Below are positions 35,823 through 46,388 of a DNA stretch of 64,000 nt, in pieces. Every line of letters begins with the position of its first letter. Within the stretch, counting starts at the first letter, position 1. This DNA is from an uncultured Candidatus Saccharibacteria bacterium (lineage in GTDB: Bacteria; Patescibacteriota; Minisyncoccia; UBA6257; 1-14-0-10-40-38). The stretch is from the NCBI GenBank assembly GCA_964543265.1, contig CAZIWN010000001.1:232977-296976 (forward strand), given 5' to 3'. A model generated the notes under the pieces. That model did not search any database and had not been told where the DNA came from. It saw only the letters and a list, made by a program, of their open reading frames with translations. Both the position numbers and the translations under genes were made by a program.

Positions 35823-37118
35823 CTACCTAATAACAGCCTTCAAATCCTTAACCGTCATCTCCTCAACCTGCTTGTGAATTACGTTTATTTCTTCGTTAGT
35901 AAGCGTTCTTTCATGAGATCGATAAACAACTCTAAAGGTATAACTTTTTTTATTTTCTCCAAATTTTTTTGCGTTTTCAAATTGATCAATCAATTTAACT
36001 TCTTCTGCCAAATCCCCTGCGCAGTGTCTCACAATTTCATAAAATCCATTTAAAGATGTGGATTTATCTACAATAAAAGAAATGTCGCGGATAATTTCTG
36101 GATATTTGCTAACCTCCTCATAAACACTATTAATATTCTTAAATTGCTTTGTGATTCTTTCATCTTCAGACCACAAAACTCTAATATCTGGGATTTTCAT
36201 TTTCATAATTGCCAATCTTTCTAATCCGAATCCGAAAGCCCAGCCATTATAAATTTCTGGATCTAATCCAAAATTCCTTAAAACGTTATTATGCACGATT
36301 CCCGCACCCACAACCTCAAGCCAATCATTACCCCATTTAATTTCAATCTGAGTTGATGGATTTGTGAAAGGAAAGGCGTCGTCCAAAAACCTATATTCAA
36401 TAGAATTTCCAAAAACAGACTTCATAATATTCGCCAAAACATCCTGCAACATTTTCAGCGTTACTATTTTTTCGCTTTTTTTAGATACAAACATTCCATC
36501 TATCTGATGAAATACAGGAAAATGTTTTCTATCAATCTCATCTTTTCTATAAACTTTTCCGTAACACAATTCTCCCACCCAGCCATTTTTATTTAATCTT
36601 TCAAGAACCTCTTTGTCGCTTAAATAATAAAGCCACATAGAAGTCGTGTGAGTTCTAAGGATTCTTTCAGAATCTAAAAAATAAGTATCGGTTGGCCTTC
36701 TTCCTGGATGTTCTTGTGGAAAATTAAATAAATCAAAAGCATTTTTCACGGTTACAGTTTCCGGAATTTTAACCACATCAAAACCCTTAAAATCTTTAAT
36801 TTTTAAAATCTCATCCAAAATAAACTTAACTGGCGAATTTTCTTTGCGAGCTAAATCTGGCATTGCCATTAATCGCTTCAAGCGCACAGCATCAAAATCG
36901 TTTCCTTTTAAAATCCCAGCAACAACTGGCTTTTCTTTTAAATCTTCATACTCAATAAAGCTCCCTCCTGTTGGAGCTTTTATTTTCAAATCTTTTCTTA
37001 AAAATTGAGACTCTGGTGCGGTCTGCTTCTTTAAAAAAATAGGTGTTTTCTTTTTTAAGGTTGTCTTTTTATAAGTCTTCTTGGCTTTCAAATTTCCTTT
37101 CATCTTCATTTTATTCAT
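35823..37118 (-). CDS. pheS: phenylalanyl-tRNA synthetase alpha subunit with Lys-rich N-terminal extension
   Basis: Class II motif 3 GWAFGFGLERLAIMK. N-terminus MNKMKMKGNLKAKKTYKKTTLKKK. Confidence 0.85.
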   Translation of the reverse strand: MNKMKMKGNLKAKKTYKKTTLKKKTPIFLKKQTAPESQFLRKDLKIKAPTGGSFIEYEDLKEKPVVAGILKGNDFDAVRLKRLMAMPDLARKENSPVKFILDEILKIKDFKGFDVVKIPETVTVKNAFDLFNFPQEHPGRRPTDTYFLDSERILRTHTTSMWLYYLSDKEVLERLNKNGWVGELCYGKVYRKDEIDRKHFPVFHQIDGMFVSKKSEKIVTLKMLQDVLANIMKSVFGNSIEYRFLDDAFPFTNPSTQIEIKWGNDWLEVVGAGIVHNNVLRNFGLDPEIYNGWAFGFGLERLAIMKMKIPDIRVLWSEDERITKQFKNINSVYEEVSKYPEIIRDISFIVDKSTSLNGFYEIVRHCAGDLAEEVKLIDQFENAKKFGENKKSYTFRVVYRSHERTLTNEEINVIHKQVEEMTVKDLKAVIR

Positions 37119-37131
37119 AAAATTTTATTAG

Positions 37132-37203
37132 TAGCAGGGGTGGGAATCGGACCCACGGCCTAGCGCTTATGAAACGCTCGCTCTACCATTGAGCTACCCT
37201 GCC
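37132..37203 (-). tRNA. tRNA-Met or tRNA-Ile2 (anticodon CAT), elongator type
   Basis: Reverse complement GGCAGGGTAGCTCAATGGTAGAGCGAGCGTTTCATAAGCGCT...GGTCCGATTCCCACCCCTGCT. Anticodon loop TTCATAA. Confidence 0.75.
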
Positions 37204-37293
37204 ATATATTTACCCGATTAATAATAATTTTTTTGCGCAAAAAAAGCAAAATTTTAATGCCCCCATTTCGGGGGGCACTAAAATTAACATTTG

Positions 37294-37365
37294 TTGCGGA
37301 GGCCGGACTTGAACCGGCGACCTCCTGGTTATGAGCCAGACGAGCTACCACTGCTCTACTCCGCG
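37294..37365 (-). tRNA. initiator tRNA-fMet (anticodon CAT)
   Basis: Reverse complement CGCGGAGTAGAGCAGTGGTAGCTCGTCTGGCTCATAACCAGGAGGTCGCCGGTTCAAGTCCGGCCTCCGCA. C1 x A72 mismatch. Confidence 0.75.
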
Positions 37366-37513
37366 TCTTTATTATATAATAAAATCCCATATTTGCGCAA
37401 TAGTCAAATAAGCCTTATTTTAAAGGATTTATAGAACCATCTAATAAATAGACGCTACAACTTGATTATAGTGATAAAAATATTTATACTTCTCAAGTCA
37501 GAATAAAAGAAAT

Positions 37514-37585
37514 GCAGTGGTAGCTTAGCGGCAAAGCACCTCCCTGTCACGGAGGGGACCGCGGGTTCAAATCCCGTCCACTGCG
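37514..37585 (+). tRNA. tRNA-Asp (anticodon GTC)
   Basis: GCAGTGGTAGCTTAGCGGCAAAGCACCTCCCTGTCACGGAGG...GGTTCAAATCCCGTCCACTGCG. Confidence 0.85.
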
Positions 37586-37595
37586 CAAAAATAAA

Positions 37596-37632
37596 AACAA
37601 GACGGCCTCGTGCCGTCTTGTTTTTATTTATT
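37596..37632. terminator. bidirectional terminator (after tRNA-Asp on the plus strand and gatCAB on the minus strand)
   Basis: aaaaacaagacggcctcgtgccgtcttgttttt. Confidence 0.7.
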
Positions 37633-37760
37633 ATGTCTGGCGAGATTTGAACAGGGGTGGCGCTGGAGGGGGCGAATATAGCCACCTCCAATGCGGAAAC
37701 ATTAAAACCGATTGGTTTTAAAAATTTTCAATTTTGAAAATTTGTTCAAATACCCGTCTT

Positions 37761-39227
37761 TTAAAAAGATTCGTAATACTGTCCCATTCCCAATATATCC
37801 GCCTCTCTGAAAGATTTTCCGATTAATTGAAATCCAACCGGCAAGCTATTAATTCCTTTAACCGGAATCGAAATTCCAGGAAGCCCAGCCAAGTTAACTG
37901 GAATTGTAAAAATATCAGACAAATACATTGCCAATGGATCTGCAGATTTTTCTCCAATCTTAAAAGCTACAGTTGGAGAAACAGGAGTCAAAATAACATC
38001 AACTTCTTTAAATGCATCTGTAAAATCTTTTTTAACCAAACTCCTCACCTTCTGCGCCTTAGAATAATAGGCATCATAATATCCAGAAGACAAAACATAA
38101 GTTCCCAAAATTATTCTTCTCTTAGGTTCATCTCCAAATCCTTGAGTTTTATTTTTTACATATAAATCTAAAAGATTTTTGGCCTCGGAGCGAACATTCC
38201 CAACTTTCGCATATCTAATTCCATCAAATCTAGCCAAATTAGAACTAGCTTCGGCCGGTAAAATTATGTAATAACAAGAAAGTGCATATTTTGTATTCGG
38301 CAGAGACACCTCTTTAATTTCAAATCCAGATTTTTTATAAAAATCTATAACCGAATTAATCCCCTGCTTTGTAGACTCATCCATTCCCTCAAGATTAAAA
38401 TACTCTTTAGGAATACCGATTTTTAACTTCTTAACTTTTTCAAAATCAGGATTAATTAAATCTTCGCCATATTTTATATCCTGAGAAGTTCCATCGTTCT
38501 TATCTATTCCAGAAATTGTCTTAAAAATAGTTGCCACATCTTTTACGGTTTTAGCAAAAGGGCCAATCTGATCCAAAGAAGATGCCAAGGCAATAGCTCC
38601 AAATCGAGAAACCGCCCCATATGTTGGTTTTAATCCCACAACTCCGCAAAGAGATGCTGGTTGCCTTATAGATCCCCCAGTATCAGTTCCAAGTGATCCT
38701 AAAGCCATTCCCGAGGCCACAGCCACAGCCGATCCACCAGAAGAACCACCTGGCACCCTTTCTAAGTCATGTGGATTTCTAGTTTTCTGATAAGCAGAAT
38801 TTTCAGTTGAAGAACCCATCGCAAACTCATCTAAATTAAGTTTTCCTAAAAATATTACTCCAGCGGATTTAAGTTTCTTAATAACCGTTGCGTCATAACT
38901 TGCAATATAATTTTCTAATAATTTAGATCCAGCCGTAGCCCTGTGTCCTCTTATTAAAATATTATCTTTAATAGCCATAGGCACAGCAAACATAGGTTGA
39001 TTTTTAATAACCTCCACGCCCTCAAGAGCAATTTTTTCATCTGCTTTTTTTGCTTCAGCTAAAGCTGAATCCTTCATTAGACTTAGATAAGCTCCAAGCT
39101 TTGAGTCTTCAGTCTCAATAATGCTAAAAAGATTTTCAAAAAAAGATAAGGCGGTAAAATCTTTATTTAAAAGTCCTTGATGATATTTTTCGATTGTAAA
39201 ATCCTTGATATTCATACAATTATTCAA
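37761..39227 (-). CDS. gatA: Glu-tRNA(Gln) amidotransferase subunit A (amidase signature)
   Basis: GGSSGGSAVAVASG amidase signature. Ser-cisSer-Lys triad context. 488 aa. Confidence 0.9.
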   Translation of the reverse strand: MNNCMNIKDFTIEKYHQGLLNKDFTALSFFENLFSIIETEDSKLGAYLSLMKDSALAEAKKADEKIALEGVEVIKNQPMFAVPMAIKDNILIRGHRATAGSKLLENYIASYDATVIKKLKSAGVIFLGKLNLDEFAMGSSTENSAYQKTRNPHDLERVPGGSSGGSAVAVASGMALGSLGTDTGGSIRQPASLCGVVGLKPTYGAVSRFGAIALASSLDQIGPFAKTVKDVATIFKTISGIDKNDGTSQDIKYGEDLINPDFEKVKKLKIGIPKEYFNLEGMDESTKQGINSVIDFYKKSGFEIKEVSLPNTKYALSCYYIILPAEASSNLARFDGIRYAKVGNVRSEAKNLLDLYVKNKTQGFGDEPKRRIILGTYVLSSGYYDAYYSKAQKVRSLVKKDFTDAFKEVDVILTPVSPTVAFKIGEKSADPLAMYLSDIFTIPVNLAGLPGISIPVKGINSLPVGFQLIGKSFREADILGMGQYYESF

Positions 39228-39540
39228 AAACAGGTGGAACTTTTAATAAATTCCCATCCTTGTCTGGAAACTCAGAAACACAAAGAGAATTGTCTAAATT
39301 ATCCACCACCACTTCATCTTCCCTCATTACGTTTTTTAAATCGCCACCAGAAAAAATCGGTGACACCTTACTAGTATCAACGGCATTTAAATCATTAAAA
39401 TAGTCTAAAATCTTTCCTAAATCATTTAAAAACCTCTCTTCTTGATCAGGACGAACATCAAACCTAGCAAGTTTTGCTAGATGTTCTAAATCTTTCTTTT
39501 CCAGTTTTGACATTCTTTTATTATATATAAACAGATTCAA
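39220..39540 (-). CDS. gatC: Glu-tRNA(Gln) amidotransferase subunit C
   Basis: MSKLEKKDLEHLAKLARFDV. About 100 aa. Overlaps the gatA start. Confidence 0.8.
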   Translation of the reverse strand: MNLFIYNKRMSKLEKKDLEHLAKLARFDVRPDQEERFLNDLGKILDYFNDLNAVDTSKVSPIFSGGDLKNVMREDEVVVDNLDNSLCVSEFPDKDGNLLKVPPVFE

Positions 39541-39555
39541 AAAACAAAAACAAAC

Positions 39556-41604
<2,049 letters not shown>

Positions 41605-41669
41605 TCAAATAATACCAAAAAAACCAGACTTAAACCAAAAAAAACTCATCTCTTTTTTAGATAAATAAG

Positions 41670-41736
41670 TACAAGAAGCGACGACGAAGCTGTATATAAG
41701 CGAAAGCGAATACTGCGAGGAGGAGACGACGAAGTA
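41670..41736 (+). repeat. intergenic structured repeat, copy 8 (short subfamily)
   Basis: tacAAGAAGCGACGACGAAGCTGTATATAAGCGAAAGCGAATACTGCGAGGAGGAGACGACGAAGTA. Perfect ~21-bp inverted flanks tctcttttttagataaataag / attatttatctaaaaagagat. Confidence 0.85.
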
Positions 41737-41745
41737 ATTATTTAT

Positions 41746-42207
41746 CTAAAAAGAGATACTAAAGGCTCTAGCGGCCGACCCAGCTCTTCCGACAGATTTA
41801 ATACAAGTAAGAACATCTGGAGTCGTTCCCTCATCATGAACCGCACCAAAAGGACAGCCAGCATCTTTAGAAATTAAAAGCTCATAAGTCTGATTGTCGG
41901 TTAATTTACCAGTAAAAGAATTATCATATTGATTATTTCCAGACTCCAAACAAACATCAGTAGAGGCGATAAGCGCCTGATCTGGTGCATTTAAATTATT
42001 ACACCTAAAAACCTTAAAAAGACCTCTCTCCAACGCTGCGTCTGCGGAATATATTGCCTTAACGGAATCAACGGCTATATTCGTTTGTCTAGTTTGATTT
42101 AAGGTTAAAACACCAGCAACAGTAGTTGCGACCAAAAATACAGACGCCAAAAACAAAACAGTAACCAACATAACTTGCCCAGAACTATTTTTATTAAAAA
42201 AGTACAT
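41746..42207 (-). CDS. pilus-assembly / minor pilin-like protein (PilX-like N-terminal helix)
   Basis: N-terminal hydrophobic helix MLVTVLFLASVFLVATTVAGVL. Position in the pilin cluster. Confidence 0.4.
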   Translation of the reverse strand: MYFFNKNSSGQVMLVTVLFLASVFLVATTVAGVLTLNQTRQTNIAVDSVKAIYSADAALERGLFKVFRCNNLNAPDQALIASTDVCLESGNNQYDNSFTGKLTDNQTYELLISKDAGCPFGAVHDEGTTPDVLTCIKSVGRAGSAARAFSISF

Positions 42208-42215
42208 TTTTTAAA

Positions 42216-42773
42216 TTATTCAAAATTTCTTGCAGAAGTTGTCATTTGTAAATCGGTAAATATTCCAGTCAACTTTGGATCCTTTGACCCAACTCTTAAA
42301 AATAAATTTACTCTCGAAGGCCATTCTTCTCCAAAACTAGATAATAATTTTAAGTCAACTAACCTCACCTCAAAAATCTGCACATCAACCAAAGATGAAG
42401 TTAATCTTTCAAAAGTAACTCCCAAATCATCACTTTTTTCTACTGATTTTTCTACAGAGTTAAGTCTATATATGGAATCTCCTCCTTTTGCATTTCTGAA
42501 TCTAAAGGAATTACCAACATCTCCACCAATACAACTACCAGAAAAATCAGCAACACAAAAACTAGATCCAGTTCTAATATCTCTGGAAATAGATTCTAAA
42601 ACTAAACTAGAATTATCATTTGTAGCCATAAGAGAAATAACCGCTTTTTGCACTCTTAAAGAATTAACGAATATTCCAGAAACAATACCCACTAGAATAA
42701 CGAAAATAGCCATCGAGACCAAGAGCTCAACAACAGTAAATCCATTATTAATTTTAATTTTTAATCTTTGCAT
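42216..42773 (-). CDS. type IV minor pilin-like protein (prepilin N-methylation motif)
   Basis: NNG-FTVVELLVSMAIFVILVGIVSGIF (G|FTxxE). Confidence 0.6.
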   Translation of the reverse strand: MQRLKIKINNGFTVVELLVSMAIFVILVGIVSGIFVNSLRVQKAVISLMATNDNSSLVLESISRDIRTGSSFCVADFSGSCIGGDVGNSFRFRNAKGGDSIYRLNSVEKSVEKSDDLGVTFERLTSSLVDVQIFEVRLVDLKLLSSFGEEWPSRVNLFLRVGSKDPKLTGIFTDLQMTTSARNFE

Positions 42774-42785
42774 TTTAATGTTGCT

Positions 42786-43418
42786 TTACGGCGTTCTCCA
42801 TGGAAGAAAAAAGTCTTGAACCAATAACGAAAACTTACCACCCTTACTTTCCCAACCAACAGCAGAAGTCACTCTATATTCTAAATCTAAATCCGGAGTT
42901 GCCCCAGAATGGGGATCATCTATTATTATAAGTCTTTTAAATTTAGTCCTATTTCCAGAAGGATCATAAGAATATCTGCCCGCATCAGAATAAGTTATAT
43001 TTCTAGCATCCGAACAGCTAAAAAGAAGATCATACACATTTTTCTTATTTGGCTCTCCGCCAATAACACAAGAATCTATTTTTCTTAAAACATTATCATC
43101 AAAACCAACTTCATAAATACCAGCCTCAATCTTTCCCGCGCCCCAACCATAAAAAGAATACGGAGAGGCATTATCTCTTTCTATAATATATTGTCTATCA
43201 AAAAAATTCTTTATTATTTCAATCCCCTCAGCCGATAAAAACGTTGCCGTATAAGTATCACCATTAATTCTATTAAAACCCAAAGACTTATTTAATAAAG
43301 TTACAATACCCAAAACAGCAGCAATAATCGCCGATGATGCTACCAATAATTCTATGATGGATTGACCTTTATTTTTATGAAAAATCATATTTGATTCAAT
43401 TTTTTCAAAGTCTAGCAA
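42786..43418 (-). CDS. type IV minor pilin-like protein
   Basis: KGQSIIELLVASSAIIAAVLGIV prepilin-like leader and helix. Confidence 0.5.
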   Translation of the reverse strand: MLDFEKIESNMIFHKNKGQSIIELLVASSAIIAAVLGIVTLLNKSLGFNRINGDTYTATFLSAEGIEIIKNFFDRQYIIERDNASPYSFYGWGAGKIEAGIYEVGFDDNVLRKIDSCVIGGEPNKKNVYDLLFSCSDARNITYSDAGRYSYDPSGNRTKFKRLIIIDDPHSGATPDLDLEYRVTSAVGWESKGGKFSLLVQDFFLPWRTP

Positions 43419-44080
43419 GAGGTTGTAAACTCATCTAAATTAATCTGAGAGGATCTATTTATTTTTATTAAAGAACATCCACCTCCAGAAAATTCAAGCT
43501 GAACATTAGCCTCCTTATAGCTAGGACTATCTGGATTAAAAATAACAGTTGGATCTGGTGGCTGAAAGAAAACATCCATAGAAGTTTTTGAAGAAGCTGA
43601 GCTACAAGAAAATCCGGAAGGTAAAACATCTAAGCATTTAAATTCTAATATATTTTTATCAAGAGTTCCTTTTTCAAAAACCTGAGCCGGCTCAGACGGA
43701 TCAAAAACTCCAACACTAGATCCAGAACATGTCCCCGATGGATCTATATCTTTATATACATAATAAGAATCATCACCCGAAGAATTCTTTTCAAAATGAA
43801 CTCCCCATCCGCAAATAATCTCCGTTGGTCTAATTCCGGAAATAGTAAATTGAGTGGGCTGATAAGTTTCTAATGAATATGATTTAGCTTTAAAAATGGC
43901 GCTCACGACCAATGATCTTTCGTTTGAAAAAATTAAAAACTTTCTACTATCTCCAGAATAAATTATTAAAATAGATGAAAGGACAACTGAGATACCAAGA
44001 ACAACCACCATCTCGATAACGGTAAAAGCTGACTCTGAAAAGAATTTTTTAAAAAATTTACTACCAATCATTAATTTCAT
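43412..44080 (-). CDS. type IV minor pilin-like protein
   Basis: SAFTVIEMVVVLGISVVL prepilin-like helix. Confidence 0.5.
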   Translation of the reverse strand: MKLMIGSKFFKKFFSESAFTVIEMVVVLGISVVLSSILIIYSGDSRKFLIFSNERSLVVSAIFKAKSYSLETYQPTQFTISGIRPTEIICGWGVHFEKNSSGDDSYYVYKDIDPSGTCSGSSVGVFDPSEPAQVFEKGTLDKNILEFKCLDVLPSGFSCSSASSKTSMDVFFQPPDPTVIFNPDSPSYKEANVQLEFSGGGCSLIKINRSSQINLDEFTTSC

Positions 44081-44085
44081 CCTGA

Positions 44086-45045
44086 CTAATTAATCGGAAA
44101 AAGGCTAAAATAAAAATTTAAAATATCAACACCAAAAAACATTACAACCACAGTGGAAAGAACGATAAACGGACCAAACGGCACCAACGTTTTCATCCCT
44201 GCCCTTTTCCCCAACATTAAAATTATACTCCAAAAAGAACCTATTATAAACGAACCCAAAAGAGCCAAAATAATATCTGGCCAACCCAATAAAACACCCA
44301 AAGCTATCGCTAACTTAACATCGCCAAAGCCCATTCCCCTGCCTCTGCTTAAAAAATATATTCCTCCAAATAAAACCAAACCAAAACCCAACCCCAATAC
44401 ACTAGAAATAAAAATTGAATCTCTAAATCCGAACAATGAAGCATAATGACCTAAAAACGAAAATCTATAAAAATCAAATAAAGAATATTTATATTTAATA
44501 AAAGCTAAAATAATCCCAAGGATTAAAATTAATAAATTCGAACTATCGGGTATAATCCGCAGTCTCAAATCAACTAAAGAAATAAAAACCAGAGTTAGTA
44601 AAAATAATATATAAATTCCGCATAAAATATAAAAAACAACAGGCATAGACCCGATAACAAACTTAAATTCATAAACCCTATTAACTAATTTAGGAACAAA
44701 AACAAAGATTAAACCAGAGATAATCTCGATTATTGGATACTGAAAAGATATTTTTTGCTTACAATTACCACACCTCCCCAAAAGGAATAAGAAACTTAAA
44801 ATGGGAATCAAGTTTATCCAAGAAATTTCCTTACCACAACTCATACAATTGCTTCTTCCAGAAATCTTCTTTAAATCAAAAACTTTTCCATCTTCAGAAT
44901 ATCTTAAAGACAAAACATTTAAAAAACTTCCAAACAATGTTCCAAAAACAAAAAGTATAAAATTTATCATAAAAATATTATTTATTTGTTTTGAATTATA
45001 AATGTCAGCTACAAGGCGCGAGTGAACAAAGACTAATATTATCAC
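44086..45045 (-). CDS. pilD: prepilin peptidase (A24 family)
   Basis: N-terminal CxxC..CGNC zinc motif. 6-8 TM helices. Aspartyl peptidase A24 region. Confidence 0.8.
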   Translation of the reverse strand: MIILVFVHSRLVADIYNSKQINNIFMINFILFVFGTLFGSFLNVLSLRYSEDGKVFDLKKISGRSNCMSCGKEISWINLIPILSFLFLLGRCGNCKQKISFQYPIIEIISGLIFVFVPKLVNRVYEFKFVIGSMPVVFYILCGIYILFLLTLVFISLVDLRLRIIPDSSNLLILILGIILAFIKYKYSLFDFYRFSFLGHYASLFGFRDSIFISSVLGLGFGLVLFGGIYFLSRGRGMGFGDVKLAIALGVLLGWPDIILALLGSFIIGSFWSIILMLGKRAGMKTLVPFGPFIVLSTVVVMFFGVDILNFYFSLFPIN

Positions 45046-45058
45046 ACATTAATTAATC
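45010..45058 (+). repeat. intergenic structured repeat, copy 9a (degenerate 5' part of long subfamily)
   Basis: agctacaaggcgcgagtga is identical to the 19-mer in copy 2. The rest has decayed. Confidence 0.55.
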
Positions 45059-45073
45059 TTTATTTGAGATGAG

Positions 45074-45138
45074 TACAAGACGCGACGACGAAAGTGTACA
45101 TAAGCTAAGCGAGTACTCTGAGGAGGAGCAACGCAGTA
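45074..45138 (+). repeat. intergenic structured repeat, copy 9b (short subfamily), tandem to 9a
   Basis: tacAAGACGCGACGACGAAAGTGTACATAAGCTAAGCGAGTACTCTGAGGAGGAGCAACGCAGTA. 12-bp inverted flanks tatttgagatga / tcatctcaaata. Confidence 0.8.
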
Positions 45139-45155
45139 ATCATCTCAAATATAAA

Positions 45156-45749
45156 TTAATTCCCGTAGAAGCATTCTTTGTTACCCATACAATAATAATC
45201 CCCATCGCAATCTATCCCTCCAGGATAAAGATTCTTACAAGACTCAGAAGAGCAAGAAACCGGTGACAATTTAGAAATTATATCTGCATTATCGATATCA
45301 TCACTTAAAAATTTACTATCAGCAGAAATCCTAGCCCTTAAAATATAGCACTGACCTCTCGGTATAGACGTTCCAGAACCAAGCTGCACAAAATAACTAT
45401 AAGTTTCACCCAAGGAAACATCTGGATCGTTTTGTAGCGGCTCCAATCCTATATCTGCTCTTTTTAATATATCAGACAACTCTTGCCAACTTAAAGGATC
45501 TTCACCTGGGTTATTAGGAGTAACAGCTCCACGACACTCAGAAGACACTATACTGCCAGGATAAAAACCGCATTTCAATTTAAAAAGCTCTAAAGATTGA
45601 GCCGCACTCTTCAAATCTGCAACTCTTTGATCATCTTTTGTTTTTTTTCTCACATCCAATAAACTAGGCAAAACAAGGGAAATAATAACGCCGATAACGC
45701 CGATAACTATTAATATTTCAACCAATGTAAAACCCTTTTTATTGAACAC
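45156..45749 (-). CDS. type IV pilin
   Basis: KKGFTLVEILIVIGVIGVIISL prepilin motif. Cys pair near the C-terminus. Confidence 0.7.
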   Translation of the reverse strand: MFNKKGFTLVEILIVIGVIGVIISLVLPSLLDVRKKTKDDQRVADLKSAAQSLELFKLKCGFYPGSIVSSECRGAVTPNNPGEDPLSWQELSDILKRADIGLEPLQNDPDVSLGETYSYFVQLGSGTSIPRGQCYILRARISADSKFLSDDIDNADIISKLSPVSCSSESCKNLYPGGIDCDGDYYCMGNKECFYGN

Positions 45750-46263
45750 CGACGCAATAAATATTATCTACACCTCCATTAATACCACAACTAAAACTAG
45801 TGAAATAACTTGTGAAATTAATATCCCCGTCATCTATATCAGACTTTAAAGCAGAATTATCGGTTTCTAAATGAGCGGTTAAAATATATGCTTGATTAGT
45901 TGTTCCTGGATGATATTCATAATTAGGCACAGAACCAACTTCAAATGGGATTCTAACATTTAACGAGCTCTTTAAAACAGACGACAATAGCGTTCCATCC
46001 GTCCAAGCTCCATCAGAAAAATTACCAGGAGTACATGAAGCACCAGCTCCAGCCGCTCCTCCAGGATAATATCCACATTTATTGTAATAAAGCTCTAGCG
46101 CACTCTGAACCTGCTTCAAATCAGCAATTCTTCTAGCATCACGAGCAGATTGCCTAGCTCCATTTAAACTCACTAAAAGCGCCGAAGCTAAAATACCGAT
46201 AATAGCTATTACTATTAATAATTCCACCAGAGTAAAACCTTTCCTATTTTTAATTTTATTCAT
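45739..46263 (-). CDS. pilA: type IV pilin (candidate major pilin)
   Basis: RKGFTLVELLIVIAIIGILASALL. C-terminal Cys pair. Confidence 0.7.
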   Translation of the reverse strand: MNKIKNRKGFTLVELLIVIAIIGILASALLVSLNGARQSARDARRIADLKQVQSALELYYNKCGYYPGGAAGAGASCTPGNFSDGAWTDGTLLSSVLKSSLNVRIPFEVGSVPNYEYHPGTTNQAYILTAHLETDNSALKSDIDDGDINFTSYFTSFSCGINGGVDNIYCVGVQ

Positions 46264-46303
46264 ATATTTTTAATTCTTCTAATTTGGATTTATAAAGAGC
46301 AGA

Positions 46304-46367
46304 TACGAGACGTTTCGAGGAAGTTGCATCAAGCTATGCGGATACTACGACGAGAAACAACGAAGTA
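46304..46367 (+). repeat. intergenic structured repeat, copy 10 (short subfamily)
   Basis: tacGAGACGTTTCGAGGAAGTTGCATCAAGCTATGCGGATACTACGACGAGAAACAACGAAGTA. Confidence 0.8.
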
Positions 46368-46388
46368 TATGCCTTTATAAATTCAAAT

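Noticed and set aside
37160-37691. ORFs 37160..37390 (-) and 37455..37691 (-)
   Set aside because: They lie across the tRNA-Met, tRNA-fMet and tRNA-Asp genes and their terminator. No coding signal.
37632-37700. Possible extra tRNA (TpsiC-arm-like GTTCAAATC on the minus strand)
   Set aside because: No matching acceptor stem or anticodon arm could be built. Treated as a remnant or structured UTR, not a tRNA gene.
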